The position numbers and the translations under genes are program-made. The notes below the pieces were generated by a model. The model was not told the origin of the DNA. It searched no databases and was given only the letters and a program-made list of their open reading frames with translations. A stretch of DNA of 64,000 nucleotides. It comes from Octopus bimaculoides. Its lineage: Eukaryota. Each line of letters opens with the position of its first letter. The first letter of the stretch is position 1. The stretch is from contig NC_068991.1 of assembly GCF_001194135.2 (NCBI RefSeq), positions 42,395,788 through 42,459,787 on the forward strand. The letters are read 5' to 3'. Positions 1-13,999 of this stretch are shown in pieces.

Positions 1-78
1 CTCAAAATTTAGTTGCAGACAAAATACCACTAAGCATTTCATCTGGTGTGCTAACAGTTCTGTCAGCTTCTCACCTAA
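1..78 (-). mobile_element. tRNA-derived SINE family A, fragment
   Basis: Reverse complement matches the head of the copies at 1778, 7979 and 49224 (A-box-like tggcagaa..gttagca, B-box-like gagttcaaatt). Confidence 0.7.
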
Positions 79-950
79 ATAATGATGATGATAATGATGA
101 TGATGAGAAGAAGAGTATTTTCTAACAAAGACTTAGGACCAGATATTCAGAGAAAGGGATTAGCTGATTAAATCAATCCTACTAATTGGCTGGTGTTTTG
201 TTTATTAACTGCAGAGAGCAAAAAGGGAAGAATGATAATAATAAAAGTTTCTAATCTAGGCAGAATTTAGACATATAATGCCTAATAGTAATATATTCTT
301 CTTACCCATGCTACCATACAGAAACATACATAAAACAAATGAAATAAAAGAGCTGGAACAAATACTGCAAGATATTTTGTTTGATGTACTAATAATAACT
401 ATGTTTAATGTTTGGGAAAATCTTTGAACTCAGGTTTTAAAGCTGAATGAAGCACAGCCTAAATTGTCTCTATTTCTTTTAGTGAATTATCTAAAATTGT
501 TTAAATTTAACATGTTGTTGATATTAATTATTTTCATTCTATTCTATAAATAGTTGAATAACACTGAGAGTACCAAAGTTTATCTATCACAACAGAACAT
601 AAACAAGAACACAAATTTGCCCTCCCCCTGGTTGGTATGAGCTTATACAGAACAATAGTATTTTATTTATTCACCCTATGTGACATAATATTTCTTTTAT
701 TCTTGATATGGCACGATTTAAGTGACCTACTCTCAGATTCTTTTACAGTATTTGCTTGTTCTCATAACTCAAAGAACAATTACAAATGTAAATATCTTAT
801 ATTTTTCTCAGGCTCTGAATAGCTGGTGTTTGACTCTGATTTCATAGCGTTAATTGATGATAGGCTAGTGTCCTATCTCAGACGAATTTTGTTTATCTTA
901 AATGATCTTCTACATGTTCCCCACAGCTAGGCATGTATTGATAGCTATAT

Positions 951-1232
951 CTAAATTCCTAATAAAATTCCTGCAAGGAATTTGAACCTAAGATCTTTGA
1001 GCTGGTAATCAATGCTATTTCCACTCTACCATTCCTCTGGTCTCACCTTGCAATCAAGGAAATACATGATGTATGTATATGTGATCATACATCTTAACAT
1101 TACCAGATGATCTTGTATGTATTCTGAATACCTAGGCATATAGATTTAAATTACCAATAAAATAACTGCAGAAATTTGAACTCAAGACCTTTGATCTGGT
1201 AATTAATAATATTTCCACTCTACCATTTCTCT
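951..1232 (-). repeat. Two ~88-bp direct repeats (951-1038, 1146-1232), tRNA-like SINE heads
   Basis: Both read tggtagagtggaaat...ttacca...g(a/g)ttcaaatt on the minus strand; 195-bp period. Confidence 0.55.
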
Positions 1233-1777
1233 TCTACTGGGGCTGGTACCTAACTCTTCTCCACTCATGTTTGGAAGTATGGGACAGTTTTAGTGTGATT
1301 GTAAAGTAGTTAATAAATAATTGACAATAAGTAACATTTGTGTGCTGCTAGTTCAATTTGCAAAATCACATTAATTTGAGAATAATTTTTCAAATTGTTT
1401 ATTTAACCAGAAACATAATATATACATCTTTACAGCAGTTGAATAAATAAAAGCATTTGAAAATTAATGAATAAAAGAACATTTGGTTACTATAATATGC
1501 TGATAAATAATCCAACTATTAATAATTTGCAAGGATAGGTTAAGTTAAGAAATTAGGACAATTTTTTTGTGAAATTTACCAATATAACTCTGTATTGTGT
1601 TTTTAGCTGTTATTGGTTTCAAATTTTAGCACAAGGCCAGAAATTAAGTGGGTGGGGATAAGTCGATTACATCACCCCCCCTCCTAGTGTTCAACTGGTA
1701 CTTATTTTATCAAACCCAGAGGGATGAAAGGTAAAGTTGACCTAACTTTTAGCTGTTATTAATATTTGAAGTTAGAA

Positions 1778-1992
1778 GGCAGCAAGCTGGCAGAGTTGTT
1801 AGCATACCAGGCAAAATGCTCAGCAGCATTTCATCCGTCTTCATGTTTTGAGCTCAAATTCTGCCAAGATTGACTTTGTCTTTTGTCCTTTCGAGGTCGA
1901 TAAAATAAATACCAGTTGAACACTGGGGTTAATGTAATTGACTTACCCTATCCTCCAAAATTGCTGACCTTGTGCCAAAATTTAAAACCAGT
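1778..1992 (+). mobile_element. tRNA-derived SINE family A
   Basis: aggcagcaagctggcagagttgttagca...gagctcaaattctgcc...ggtcgataaaataaataccagttgaacactgggg. An opposite-strand partial copy lies at ~1612-1745. Confidence 0.85.
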
Positions 1993-3659
1993 ATTTGAAG
2001 GTAGAGAAAATCTACATAACCTCTTATAGAATCTGATAGCAGTGTTTTTATATTAGTCTACTTTTTTTATGTACCATCAGCAAAGTTCCTAAATATTCTA
2101 AAAGCCATATTTAGCAGGAAGATTTCAGCTCATCAATCCATCTGATTGGCTGAGTCACAATTACTTGAGTCTTTTGTGGCAAATATGGTCTAAAGCTGAG
2201 AAATATGTGTGTGTATAATTGCTAACAAAACCTCCGCCAAATATACACTGTTCACTGTTAATGATAACAGTGAGTTCTACTCCCTCACCTCACCCTATGT
2301 CACCCCTATTTTCCTAGATAGATTATTATAATTCAGTATGAATGCCAGAAACACAGTGCATTGCCAGTGATAAAAAATAAACTGTTGATTGTTATTTCAA
2401 CCAGTAGACTTATATTCTAACAACTCTACCAGATTACAAATGGACTATAATACATATGATGTGCCATGAAGATGTTATAATAGTATGACTTGAAAATTTC
2501 CAGGGATGCCAGCTGCACGAAAAATAGTAAAGTGGTTACTAACATAATTACTGTAATGAATTATGAAATTTCATTTAAATAAAATTACACTCTTAATTAA
2601 AATTACACTTTAAATTGATTATCTCAAAAGTAGAAATTAATTAAAAATTGAGTGCTCTGGGGATTGAATCTAAAATTTAATGCAATACAGTGACAATTTC
2701 AACCATGTTTCGGTATTATTAGGTCTCATCAGTGAAACAATACTTTGTTAGGTGAAAAGAAAGAACTTGTTTGTTGATAGGATTCTGGAAATTTCATAAA
2801 GATCGGGAAGATAAGTTTTAAAAACTGGTTTCTTAAAATGCTAAAATATCAGTTCTGTTAAAACAAATGGAGTTGTGTTTATGTTATCAACATAAAAATG
2901 AGGATATGTCTGTTCAAGATGTCAGCTTCTTAGTTGATTAACCATGAGTTATGGGGTTATACTACTCTTTGATTATGGAACTCAACTACATTACCTGGTG
3001 AAAGAACAATCCTGATTTATAGAAGTAAGGTGGTGGATGTAAGGATAACAATATGGCTACAGTGAGTGGTATGTTGATTTGTGTTTATGCTACACAGGAA
3101 GAGTACCATTTATTATCACTGACAGAATTGAATATTTCAGAGAAATGAGGACTTGGTGGTGTGGACATAGTAATATCTACTGCTCAGGGTCAAAGTAGAT
3201 TGGGAACAATATTGGTTAAGAGATGGCTCCACACTCCTCAAAACCTCCAGAACTCTTAAACCAGGGTCTCACTACCAGATTCAGTTTAAAGTCATACTCA
3301 GCTATAGGCTGAATTGCATATAACCTACATGTTAGGGCATGTTGAAATCATGGAATGCGGTATATTGGATGTTAACTATTTTAGTAGATGATGTTATTGA
3401 GTCAGTGGTGAATAGCATTAGATGTTGAATGAATGAACAGACAACAAACTGTCAATGGCCAGGAACAATCAATTCAGTTAGCAAACTACTGCTATTATCT
3501 ATACTTATGGCATATACAGATGAGATATTTCAGCTAGCAAAAGACCAGTGTGACTAAAACTTAGGCCAGACATTCATGCCTCATTGCTCAATCAGGACAT
3601 TTGGCTTGGAAGAGTTACACTGGTCCAGGCAAGTCATCCAACCAGATTGATTGTTGTAA

Positions 3660-3855
3660 TATTGGTTTCAAATTTTGGCCAGTAGTTTCAGGGAAGTGTG
3701 TAAGTCAATTACATCAACCCCAGTGCTCAAATTGACCCCGAAAAGACAAAAAGCGAAGTGAACATCAGTAGAATTTGAATTCAGAATGTAAAGGTGGATG
3801 AAATGTGACTAAGCATTGTGTCTGGCATACTAACAATTCTGCTAGCTTGCTGCCT
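3660..3855 (-). mobile_element. tRNA-derived SINE family A
   Basis: Reverse complement aligns by eye to the 1778-1992 copy. Confidence 0.8.
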
Positions 3856-4364
3856 TGATGATTGTAGTAATATTGTGATAGCAAGAGTTGCAGGGTAACA
3901 GTGAGTTGTATCAATATTCTTGGAAATGTGCTCTGCTTAAAGCCTTAAATTTCTTGTCTCACTTTGCCATACAACGCATATATAATGTTATGAACATGTG
4001 ATCATCTATCTTGAATCATGACACTTTATCTGTGTGGCACTAATGTTATTTGCACTACTCACCTTACCACTTCATTCAAATTAAATTCTTCCTTGTCTAG
4101 CACTGATGTGATAACTACCAACCACAACCAACCCTTCTTCACCCAGACAAGCCATTGTCTCCAAACTTGCAGATAATTTCCGTGTTATCAGTCTGTGTTA
4201 TTCACAAGTAATATTAATTGACCTTAACAGACAATACAGTTTTTATATCATCAATACAGTCAGTTGTAGATCTACATTTAAATCTCTAAAGAGGTTTCAG
4301 AGCTGACAGCAATGCTCGGAAATCCAATTAGGTTGTAATGTAGAAAGTCAGTTATGAAGTTTTG

Positions 4365-4399
<35 letters not shown>

Positions 4400-5894
4400 A
4401 GACTGAATAGTGAGAATTGAATAACCTGTAAAGTGGATGTAGACCACATGAAGCAACCAATACTTAAAGACTTTACAAAGCAAAACCCATCTCAGGAATT
4501 AACTGCAATCAAGATTAAATTGAAGGGTGTTATTAAGCTCATTGTCTATTTTGTGCTAATATGAAAAGAAAAATGTAAAATAAGATAAATATGCTAAACT
4601 AAAATAAAATATATAAAGTTTCTTTTTACCTTTTCAGAAATTTTTGTTTTTCTGTTGAGAGCAAAATTTTGATAATAACTTTACTTATCCAATTTATTAT
4701 AAAATGGGAAAATAGATGTTTTTATTGGTTCCATTACCAGTGCTACAGAAGTTATATAAATTTATAAAAATAAAATAAAATAAAAATCATTATTATCTAT
4801 TTTTGAATGCTGGTGTTAGTAAGACATGTCTGCAAAATTCTCTGCCACTTATCTCTCTCTCCCTCTCACTTTTATGAACTCAAACTTTCTATAGTCAATT
4901 TTATATATACATATATACACACACATGCCCACATATATACATATNNNNNNNNNNNNNNNNNNNNNNNNNNNNNNNNNNNNNNNNNNNNNNNNNNNNNNNN
5001 NNNNNNNNNNNNNNNNNNNNNNNNNNNNNNNNNNNNNNNNNNNNNNNNNNNNNNNNNNNNNNNNNNNNNNNNNNNNNNNNNNNNNNNNNNNNNNNNNNNN
5101 NNNNNNNNNNNNNNNNNNNNNNNNNNNNNNNNNNNNNNNNNNNNNNNNNNNNNNNNNNNNNNNNNNNNNNNNNNNNNNNNNNNNNNNNNNNNNNNNNNNN
5201 NNNNNNNNNNNNNNNNNNNNNNNNNNNNNNNNNNNNNNNNNNNNNNNNNNNNNNNNNNNNNNNNNNNNNNNNNNNNNNNNNNNNNNNNNNNNNNNNNNNN
5301 NNNNNNNNNNNNNNNNNNNNNNNNNNNNNNNNNNNNNNNNNNNNNNNNNNNNNNNNNNNNNCATACATGCATGCATGCATGCATGCATGCATACATACAT
5401 ACATATATACACACACATTATATGGAGCTAAGAAGCTTGCATCCCTGCCATATGGCTTCAAGTTCAGTCTCACTGAGCACCACCTTGGGCAAGCATCTTC
5501 TACTAGAGCACCAGAACTGACTAAGTTTATGAGTGAATTTAGTAAACAGGAACTGAAATAAGTCTATGGGCTTCTTACTGTGTGTGTGTGTGTATGTGTT
5601 TGTTTTGATATCACATGATGGTTGTAAGCGATATCATTCATTTCCTGTCTTCCCTGAAAACAAGTCTGGCTATAGAGAAATATTATCTTGCTTGGTAACA
5701 GGAAGAGCATTCAGCTTTAAAACATCTGCCTTGATCCATCTACTAAATCCGCCCTTAGACTGTGGTTAGCCCAGGATTATAGTATATGATATTTACCCAA
5801 AGTATCATACAGTGGGACTGAACCCAAAACTACATGCCTGGGAAACAATATTTTTAACCACACAGCTACACCTGTGTCTATATGAATACATATG

Positions 5895-6022
5895 TACATA
5901 CATATATACAAACAAAAATACCCTGTTGTTTATGTTGAAATTCCAATGACAAAGCCTTGGATCTAGGTTAGAAACTGTCTCTTTCCCTATTGGCAAGAAA
6001 TCTTGAAATAAAACTGAACAAT
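5895..6022 (+). mobile_element. 3' UTR fragment of an RLE-type LINE (same family as 14000-14435)
   Basis: aaaataccctgttg...gttgaaattccaatg...ccttggatctaggtt...ctattggcaagaaat...gaaataaaactgaa is shared with 14330-14435. A diverged antisense copy lies at ~6370-6500. Confidence 0.7.
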
Positions 6023-6051
6023 GTCATACATACATACATACATACATACAT

Positions 6052-6084
<33 letters not shown>

Positions 6085-6841
6085 TACATACATACATACA
6101 TACATTATCAAATCTGTATTTGTACTGGTTTGTTGTTGTTCTAAGTTGCACCAGTATTTCTTATTTTTATGTATGGTCTCTTCTGTTTTTAATTATTTGA
6201 AATCTTCCTGTAAGCAAGGAACTGGTCTCCAAGAAAGATACAAAGCTCCATCATTGGAATGTATACAACAAGATGGAATTCACATTTTGAACTTGAGCAA
6301 AGCCTTGCATATTTTTACTGCTCTGCTTACAGTATGCACGTATATATGTATGATCATTTGGTTTTATTTTAGAATTTCTCACCAACAGAGAAAGAGTCAA
6401 TCTCCAAACCAAGAATCAGAATTCTTCCATTGGAATTTAAGCAACATTAACTATTCGTGTTTGTATGTATGCTTAGCAAGCATGCCATTGTGTATGTGAA
6501 TGTATATGCTTGACTTGTACATACATATGTACACATACATAAGTCAATGGAAGTATTTGTTATAAACTAGTGTAGAGTGACATATAATCGAGAAAGTGTA
6601 CATAAATATGGTGGAAGCATTGGGGAGCAATCTTGCAGGGAACCCTTATGTAGTTATTTGACCTACTAGAAATAGCAGCTAAATCTCCCTAAACTCACAC
6701 CCATCTCAAAAAGAAATGAAATATTGGATAATGTAGTCCTGTGCTTGATTAAAAGATATGGTCAAACCTGAAAGACCCTTGATCGTAAATCTACTTAGTC
6801 ACAGCTCACATACAGCTAAACATCAACAGCAACAACTTCAT

Positions 6842-7069
6842 TTAACCCTTTAGCATTCGAACCAGCTATATCTGGCTCAAATAGTTTACCTGTTTTATGC
6901 TTTCACCATAAAGATGTGGCCTCTAACATCTACCTTACAATGTTGTACTAAGAATAAAGAATCACATCTTTAAAATCTCAAAGCTACAAGGTAATGCATG
7001 ATTAATCCAAAACAGTCTGGATCAATAAGCATTACATTTGACAGAGTTATCTGAATGCTAAAGGGTCAA
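6842..7069. mobile_element. piggyBac-type MITE
   Basis: TTAA|CCCTTTAGCATT ... AATGCTAAAGGG|TCAA termini. Related copies at 39892-40482 and ~61850-62063. Confidence 0.75.
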
Positions 7070-7752
7070 ACAATATATTTGAACAAAGTTTGTGAGTTCA
7101 GTTGTAGCCTAGTGATTTTCCATATTTTCGTGTGTGAAATATACCACTATCATAGTATAAGATAATCCAGAACATGGTGTTGATGGAAATATGTGGAAGG
7201 ACACAACATCAGTAGCCAGAAAATTCTATAGCATTTCCCAAATATGTTAGCACCTAGTCATTACTGCTTTGTTGTTGCTTGCCTTGCGCATTTGTTGCAT
7301 TCATAAACATCTTATTCACTGATATTTTTTTATTTGAAACTCTTGTTAAGCATTCACTAAAACATCCACCATCTTAATGTCACTGCGTGTGTGTGTGTGC
7401 TGTGTCTATGTATGTGAGTGTCTTGTGTGTTTATGTGCATGTGTGTCTTTAAATAGTGTGCAAGTAGGTTTAAGAGTGTGTGTGGGTGTGTGTGTGTATG
7501 CAAGTGTGTGTGAGTATGCAAGTGTGTATGAGTATGCAAGTGTGTGTGTAAGTGTAATTGTTCTTTCTTTCAGGTTTCTATCTCAAAGGCCATTTGTTAA
7601 TTCTTCGGTTTCCTTTATTCCTCATTTCAATTGGATGCGCTCTTGCTTTCTCCCCTCCTTTTACCATCTATTAGTATCTATCACAGCACAATGCAATAAA
7701 ACAACAACACTTTCATATTGTCACTATTCCCACTATCATTGTAATTATTATT

Positions 7753-8268
7753 TGGCAGAATCATTAGCATGCCGGGTAAAATGCTTAGTGGCATTTCATC
7801 TGTCTTTATGCTCTTGAGTTCAAATTCCGCTGAGGTCGACTTTGCCTTTTATCCTTTTGGGGTCGATGAAATAAGTACCAGTTGAGCATTGGGGTCAATG
7901 TAATTGACTAACCCCACTCTCTCTAAATTTCAGACCTTGTGCTTATAGTAGAAAAGATTATTATTATTATTATTATGAAGGTAGCAAGCTGGCAGAATCA
8001 TTAGCATGCTGAGCAAAATGCTTAGTGACATTTCATCTATCTTTATATTCTGTATCTTTACATTTTGTCTATCTTTACATTAGTGTGATGGATGAAATGC
8101 TTAGCGGTATTTTGCCTGTCACTATGTTCTGAGTTCAAATTCCACTGAGGTTGATTTTACCTTTCATCCTTTCAGGGTTGATGAAATAAGTAGAAGTTGA
8201 GCACTGGAGTTGATGTAATTGATTCATATCCCACCCAAAATTGCTACCCTTGTGGCAAAATTTGAAAC
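7753..8268 (+). mobile_element. Two tandem SINE family A copies separated by (ATT)n
   Basis: Copies at 7753-7957 and 7979-8268; (ATT)n tract at 7957-7976. Confidence 0.85.
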
Positions 8269-9104
8269 TATTATTATTGAGTGAGTGTGCAGTGCATGCC
8301 ATATGCGAAGCCCAGTGTACCCATCATGACTACTGATGTAATGAGGGTACACCAGGCACATGCATCACAACCATATGTGTGCGACATGGTGAATTATATC
8401 AAGATATCAAGCACATAACCTTACAGGTGGGGCTCAATTAGAATTTTCTTCAGGTTGAGTAGCCCATCCCGCTTAAAAGGTCCCTGAACGTTTGTTTAAG
8501 GATGATGAACACCCATGTTTCCAGAAGTGAATTAGTCGAACCCTAAAGAACTCCTCTCAACACATGGCAATGATGCTTCCCCACTGCTTCTGCTCGTGAT
8601 CAGAGATGTACATAAGGGACATGCTCAACTGGTTACGGTCAAGCAACTAACAACTAAATCTGTGGTATTGAGCTCCCCAACCAACTCCAACTTTTGAACT
8701 TTTGTCATGCTACAAATTTGTTCCAGTCTATGTCAACCTGTAGCTGCATTAAAAATCAGGTGTTTAACTGTTAATGATTTCCTTTAAGTCATTGAATATT
8801 TCATCAGCTTTTTTTTCTCTCAATAACTCTATCACCACTTGAAATCTCAGTCTTTGACAAGCATACTTTCCTTTAATCTCTTGTTTCAGTCACTGGACTG
8901 CATACAGCCATGCTGGAACACCGCCTTGTTGGGTTTATCAAACAAAATTGACCCCAGTACTTATTTTAAGTCTAGTGCATATTCTATCAGTTTCTTTTGC
9001 TGAGTCACCAAGTTACAGAGATGTAAAGGAATTAACACCTGTTGTCAAATAGTGGGAGTGGGTTGGGGCAAACAAAGTCAAAGACACACAGACCCACTTT
9101 GTCT

Positions 9105-9185
<81 letters not shown>

Positions 9186-10374
9186 GCATAGCCATTTATG
9201 CATCAAAGTCAATGTAAATACATTGTGATAAGCATAATATACTGCAGTATTCATCTGCAGTATATTATGCTTATGTATGTACTGTGTGTAAAAACACAAA
9301 TTATACACATCAGAGGGATACAAAATTAGTCTTAGCAGCAGTGAGTAAAAGCACTCGATGTATTTCTGCCTTATTGGTCATTATTAGTACTCACAGCCAG
9401 CGTACCTAGATGAAATCTGTCACCACCAATATATATATATGAAAACAGTAAATAAACAATCACTGGTTGAATAAAAATCCATTATATACAACAGAAGCAG
9501 TATTGGATTAAAATAGCCATATATGTATCATACTTAATGTATGTCATGATAGGTAAAATTTATTATAGTATCTGTCTGGAGATAATATCTCTTATAGATG
9601 TGACTACAGTAAATTTTGCCTATCATAATGTATTATCTTTAAGTATGTTATCTAATACAGCTTCCATGTAATGGATGTATATGTCTATTTATTTATTTAT
9701 TTACTGAACAGTTTTTATCCTGAGATTTCCTTCTCCTACAACTGGTGAGCACCATCTACCCTTGACTATATTGGGTGGCCATTGACTCTCCTGAGTTACT
9801 CCACCCTTTGACAGTCTTGTTTTTCATCCTGCAGGATGTTCAGAAATCACCTTCCAAACCAAGCAAGCATTCTGAGGTTGCCAGTTTAGTCACCAACAAC
9901 CCGACCATGCAATAGATTGTACTGGGTTACATGTTACCAGTGGTACTAGAACAACCTGAGAGATATATCTTTAATATAATTTTTTAAAAAAACATGTTGA
10001 TTTTGGACTTCTAGCTTGTATGCACAATGATATACTGGATCTGGCCATAGGGAAATGTTCATGATCGGACTACAGTTTATGCGCATGCGCGGACACAAGT
10101 AACCTTCTCATTTGAATTTCTACTTGGCAAACATTGCATGTTCAAATAGCTGTGTAGTTATTAAAGTTCATGTTTCACTGTAATTTTTTCAGTTAATATT
10201 CTTTATTTATTCAACATGGTTTTTTTTATTTTAAATGCATGTTCTGTTAACTATGCACTATTTCTTATAGCTGTCTGCTGTAAATTTTGCATTTTAAATT
10301 GTTGCATGCTTTGCCAGCATTTACTCAGGACTAATATTTCATTGCTTAGCATACCTGTGCATGTGTGCCTCTTG

Positions 10375-11040
10375 ACTTTCCTCATAGCTTCTAGAAAAAT
10401 GGATATTTTGAAATGAAATTTTCTATAAATACTCTTCAGATGGTGTAAATTCTGATTATATTGGAATTTACTGTGAAAATATTTTCCCATGGGCGTGGAG
10501 AGGAGTTTTGGAAAATTCACATAAGTCAGCTTTGTTTCTGCATAACTTTCAGAAAAATGGGTATTTTTTCATGAAATTTTCTACAAATACCTTTCAGAGT
10601 CTGTAGGTTATGATTATATTGGAGTTTGATATGAAAAAAAACAATACATTGGTTGGTTCATACACACACATACATACTGACATACATTAATATTTCTACA
10701 AAATGAAATTTGACATTTCGAAAAAATTGTCATGTGTGTCAGTATGTATGTGTGTGTGCTCACCACTTTTTCTTTTCACATCAAATTTCAATATAATCAT
10801 AATTTACACACTCTAAAACGTATTTGTTGAAAATTACATTTAAAATACCCATTTTTCCAAAAGTTATAAGGAAACAAAGTTGACTTGTGTTAATTGTCTA
10901 AAACTCCTCTCTCTATCCCCTGGATATTTTCTTTGACAACAAATTCCAATATAATCAGAATCTGCATCATCTGAAGCATATGTGTAGAAAATTTCATTAA
11001 AAAATATCTATTTTTCTGGAAATTATGCGGAAACAAAATC
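10375..11040. mobile_element. Foldback (long palindromic) element with duplicated subunits
   Basis: 10391-10490 and 10521-10640 are direct subrepeats. Their reverse complements occur at ~10921-11020 and ~10768-10890. A central hairpin spans 10659-10757. Confidence 0.75.
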
Positions 11041-11687
11041 AAGGGAAGGGGTTGCAATTTTGTCGGTATGCTTATTGCTTTAACAATGGTTAATACACTT
11101 TAAAAATTTTTCTTTTCAACGTAAGTAATACTAAGGCAACATTGCTATTAAATATCTGCATATTGGCTTGCTTCGTTTCACTTTCATTTTGATGTAACCA
11201 TATTTGATTATATAAACAATACACTTCTTTTGTCAGATTGCATGAAAAGAGTAGAATGAGATGGGCTCAGTTTTTCACAACACATAGATAGGATAACGAT
11301 GATATTGTGTTTAGTATTTACAATTATATTGTGTTTACTAATATATACTAACTGTATCAAAAATGCATCAAAGTGCATGTGGGTATATTTATATATGTAT
11401 GAAATTTATTGGCAGTATGTAGGTAGTAATTTTTCATTACTTTCTTGCACATTCTTTTAACAATTGCATTTCATCTTATAACTCTATTTTATGTTTTCCT
11501 CTGTTGACATTCAAGCTACCTTCATGTTGTATGTCTTACTAGCATTCTTCCCACATGCATGTCATGTGTATACTTTTGCATATACACTATAGGAATATAT
11601 GATACAATGATATCAGGTTAATGTAAAACATGTTATTTTAAAGAGAGTGTGTTCACACTAGTATATATATATATATATATATATATA

Positions 11688-12170
11688 TTCTTTTATTCTT
11701 TTACTTGTTTCAGTCATTTGACTACAGCCATGCTGAAGCACTGCCTTAAAGGGATTTTTAGTTGAAGAAATCAATCCCAGGATTTATTCTTTGTTAGCCT
11801 AGTACTTATTCTATCAGTATCTTTTGCCAAACTGCTAAGTTAAGGAGCTGTAAACGCACTAACATCGGTTGTCAAGTGGTGATGGGAGGACAAACACAGA
11901 CACAACAACACACACACATAGATATATATACAACAGGCTTCTTTCAGTTTCCATCTACCAAATCCACTCACTAGACTCTGGTTGGGCCAAGGTTATAGTA
12001 GAAGATACTTACAACGGGCTTCTTTCAGTTTCCATCTACCAAATCCACTCACAAGGCTCTGGTTGGCCTGAGGCTATAGTAGAAGATACTTGCCCAAGGT
12101 GCCATACAGTGGAACTGAACCTGGAACCATGTAGTTGGGAAGCAAGCTTCTTACCACACACCCAAACCTG
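11688..12170 (-). mobile_element. tRNA-derived SINE family B
   Basis: Aligns with 22702-23276; internal ~75-bp duplication of the cttctttcagtttccatctaccaaatccactcac segment. Confidence 0.85.
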
Positions 12171-12204
12171 TATATGTTAATTAATTAAATTAATCAGTTA
12201 ATTG

Positions 12205-12615
12205 ATGTTCATCCATTGTTGTTGACTATGACCAGGACATCAAATGGGAAAACCAGATGGGTCACTGTGCATCTAGCTGTGCTTGATCAGGACAATGTGT
12301 GCTTGGAAGGTTCTGCCACAGGTTGAGTTCTGGTGGTCTGCTGGGAATGAAGGCAAAGAGTTGGCTCTGGACTTGCGCAGCTCATGTTTTCTTTGTGCTC
12401 TCCAATCCTATTCTGTTCATAGGATGTGGCACCTCTATTGGTGCAGCTACACTAAGCAGGGTGGTCCTGTACTTGCATTTCCCAGGTGCTGGGGATGATC
12501 TGAAAGCATTTAAGTAAGGCTTTGAGTGTATCTTTGAAGCGCTTTTTTCTGCCCACCATGTGTGTGCTTGCCTTCTGCCAACTCATTGTAAAACAGTCTT
12601 TTGGGTAGTCAGGTG
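12205..12615 (-). mobile_element. RTE-clade LINE 3' coding fragment (decayed)
   Basis: Minus-strand translation RLPKRLFYNELAEGKHTHGGQKKRFKDTLKA...TWE, typical of the RTE C-terminal region. Confidence 0.8.
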
Positions 12616-13255
12616 TCTCTCTCTCTCTCTTTCACACACACACACACATTCAATCACAAAGCATTGGTTAACCGGGAGGTGTAGTAGAAGACACTTGCCT
12701 AAGGTGTCATGTAGTGGGACTGAACCTGAAACTACATGGCTATAAAGTGAATTTCTTACCCACACAGCTATGCCTGCACTTGTTAATTTCCCATTATAAC
12801 TTTACTTTTGTTTTCATCAATGTTCCAAGTCCAGTTATAACTTACTGTTGTAAAAAGAACCATTATTGGTGTCACATTCACTTGTGCCTCTTGAACAGCA
12901 TCACTTGGTGCCACTAAGTGTCCTTCCCTCATCTTTCCCATTCTTTCTACTCTTGCTGGAATCTGCTCGCTTCCTACTGCTTTAAAACAGTAAATAATTT
13001 TTATTTGCCATAGAAATTCAACCTCTCTTCTTTTAATGTAAACTTCCCACTCAGATGGGAATTTTTATCATCCTATAATGGAGAATGTAGGGCATTGTCA
13101 CTAAACGACTAAAGAATAATTGCTTTGACATTTTCACTAATCTGCTGCTCCACTCTTGCTGGGGGGCAGGGTGGGGGTGTTGGAACACAAGTCAAATATT
13201 AATTAGCTTTATAGTGTAGGTTATTTTATTTTCACTTTTTCACTTTTACACACAT

Positions 13256-13301
<46 letters not shown>

Positions 13302-13999
13302 GTTTCTTTTTTTATTGATTTTTTTTGTTATAATTTTCTGACTTCCTTCCTTTGTTATTCTGACATCGTTGTTGTTGTCCTCTCCTTCACTCCGTCTCCC
13401 ACCTATACACCACTTACTCCACCCACTCACTAACCTTGATTAATACAGTAAAATTTCTGTTGAGTTTTCTGTGACAAAGAATCAATACTTAGTATACTTT
13501 TTAACAGTCTTTTTTATTAATGTTCCTTTTTTATTGTTTTGTTTTGTCATTGTTTTTAAATCTTTGTGACAAATCAAAAAGGTAAAACAGAATGAAAGAA
13601 GTACTAAGAGAGAGGGGAGAGAGAGAGAGAGAGAGAGCAGGGGGATTCGGTAAATGAGATGAAATCAGAAAAATGGTTTTATGCATTTTTTGAAATAATG
13701 GTAACTCTAATTGATAACTATTACTAAGAAACAGGAAGGAAGAATAGCAGAAAGAAACCAATATAGAAAACAAATTGACTCTTCTGAGAGTGGTTTTTTT
13801 TTTTACCTTAAGTATTTATTATTAGTGGAATAGTTCTGCTCTAACTGTGGCTTGGATACTAGTGTGACTGGATAGCATTTCTTTGACTGATACACAAATC
13901 ATTTGCATTCACTTTGTAAACAATAACCATTAAATATCATACATACACATGCACACATACATATGTACATAATCATACATACATACATACATACATATA

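Noticed and set aside
10081-10090. GCGCATGCGC NRF1-like motif as a promoter
   Set aside because: It is an isolated 10-mer beside a transposon-derived region with no CpG island or start-site evidence.
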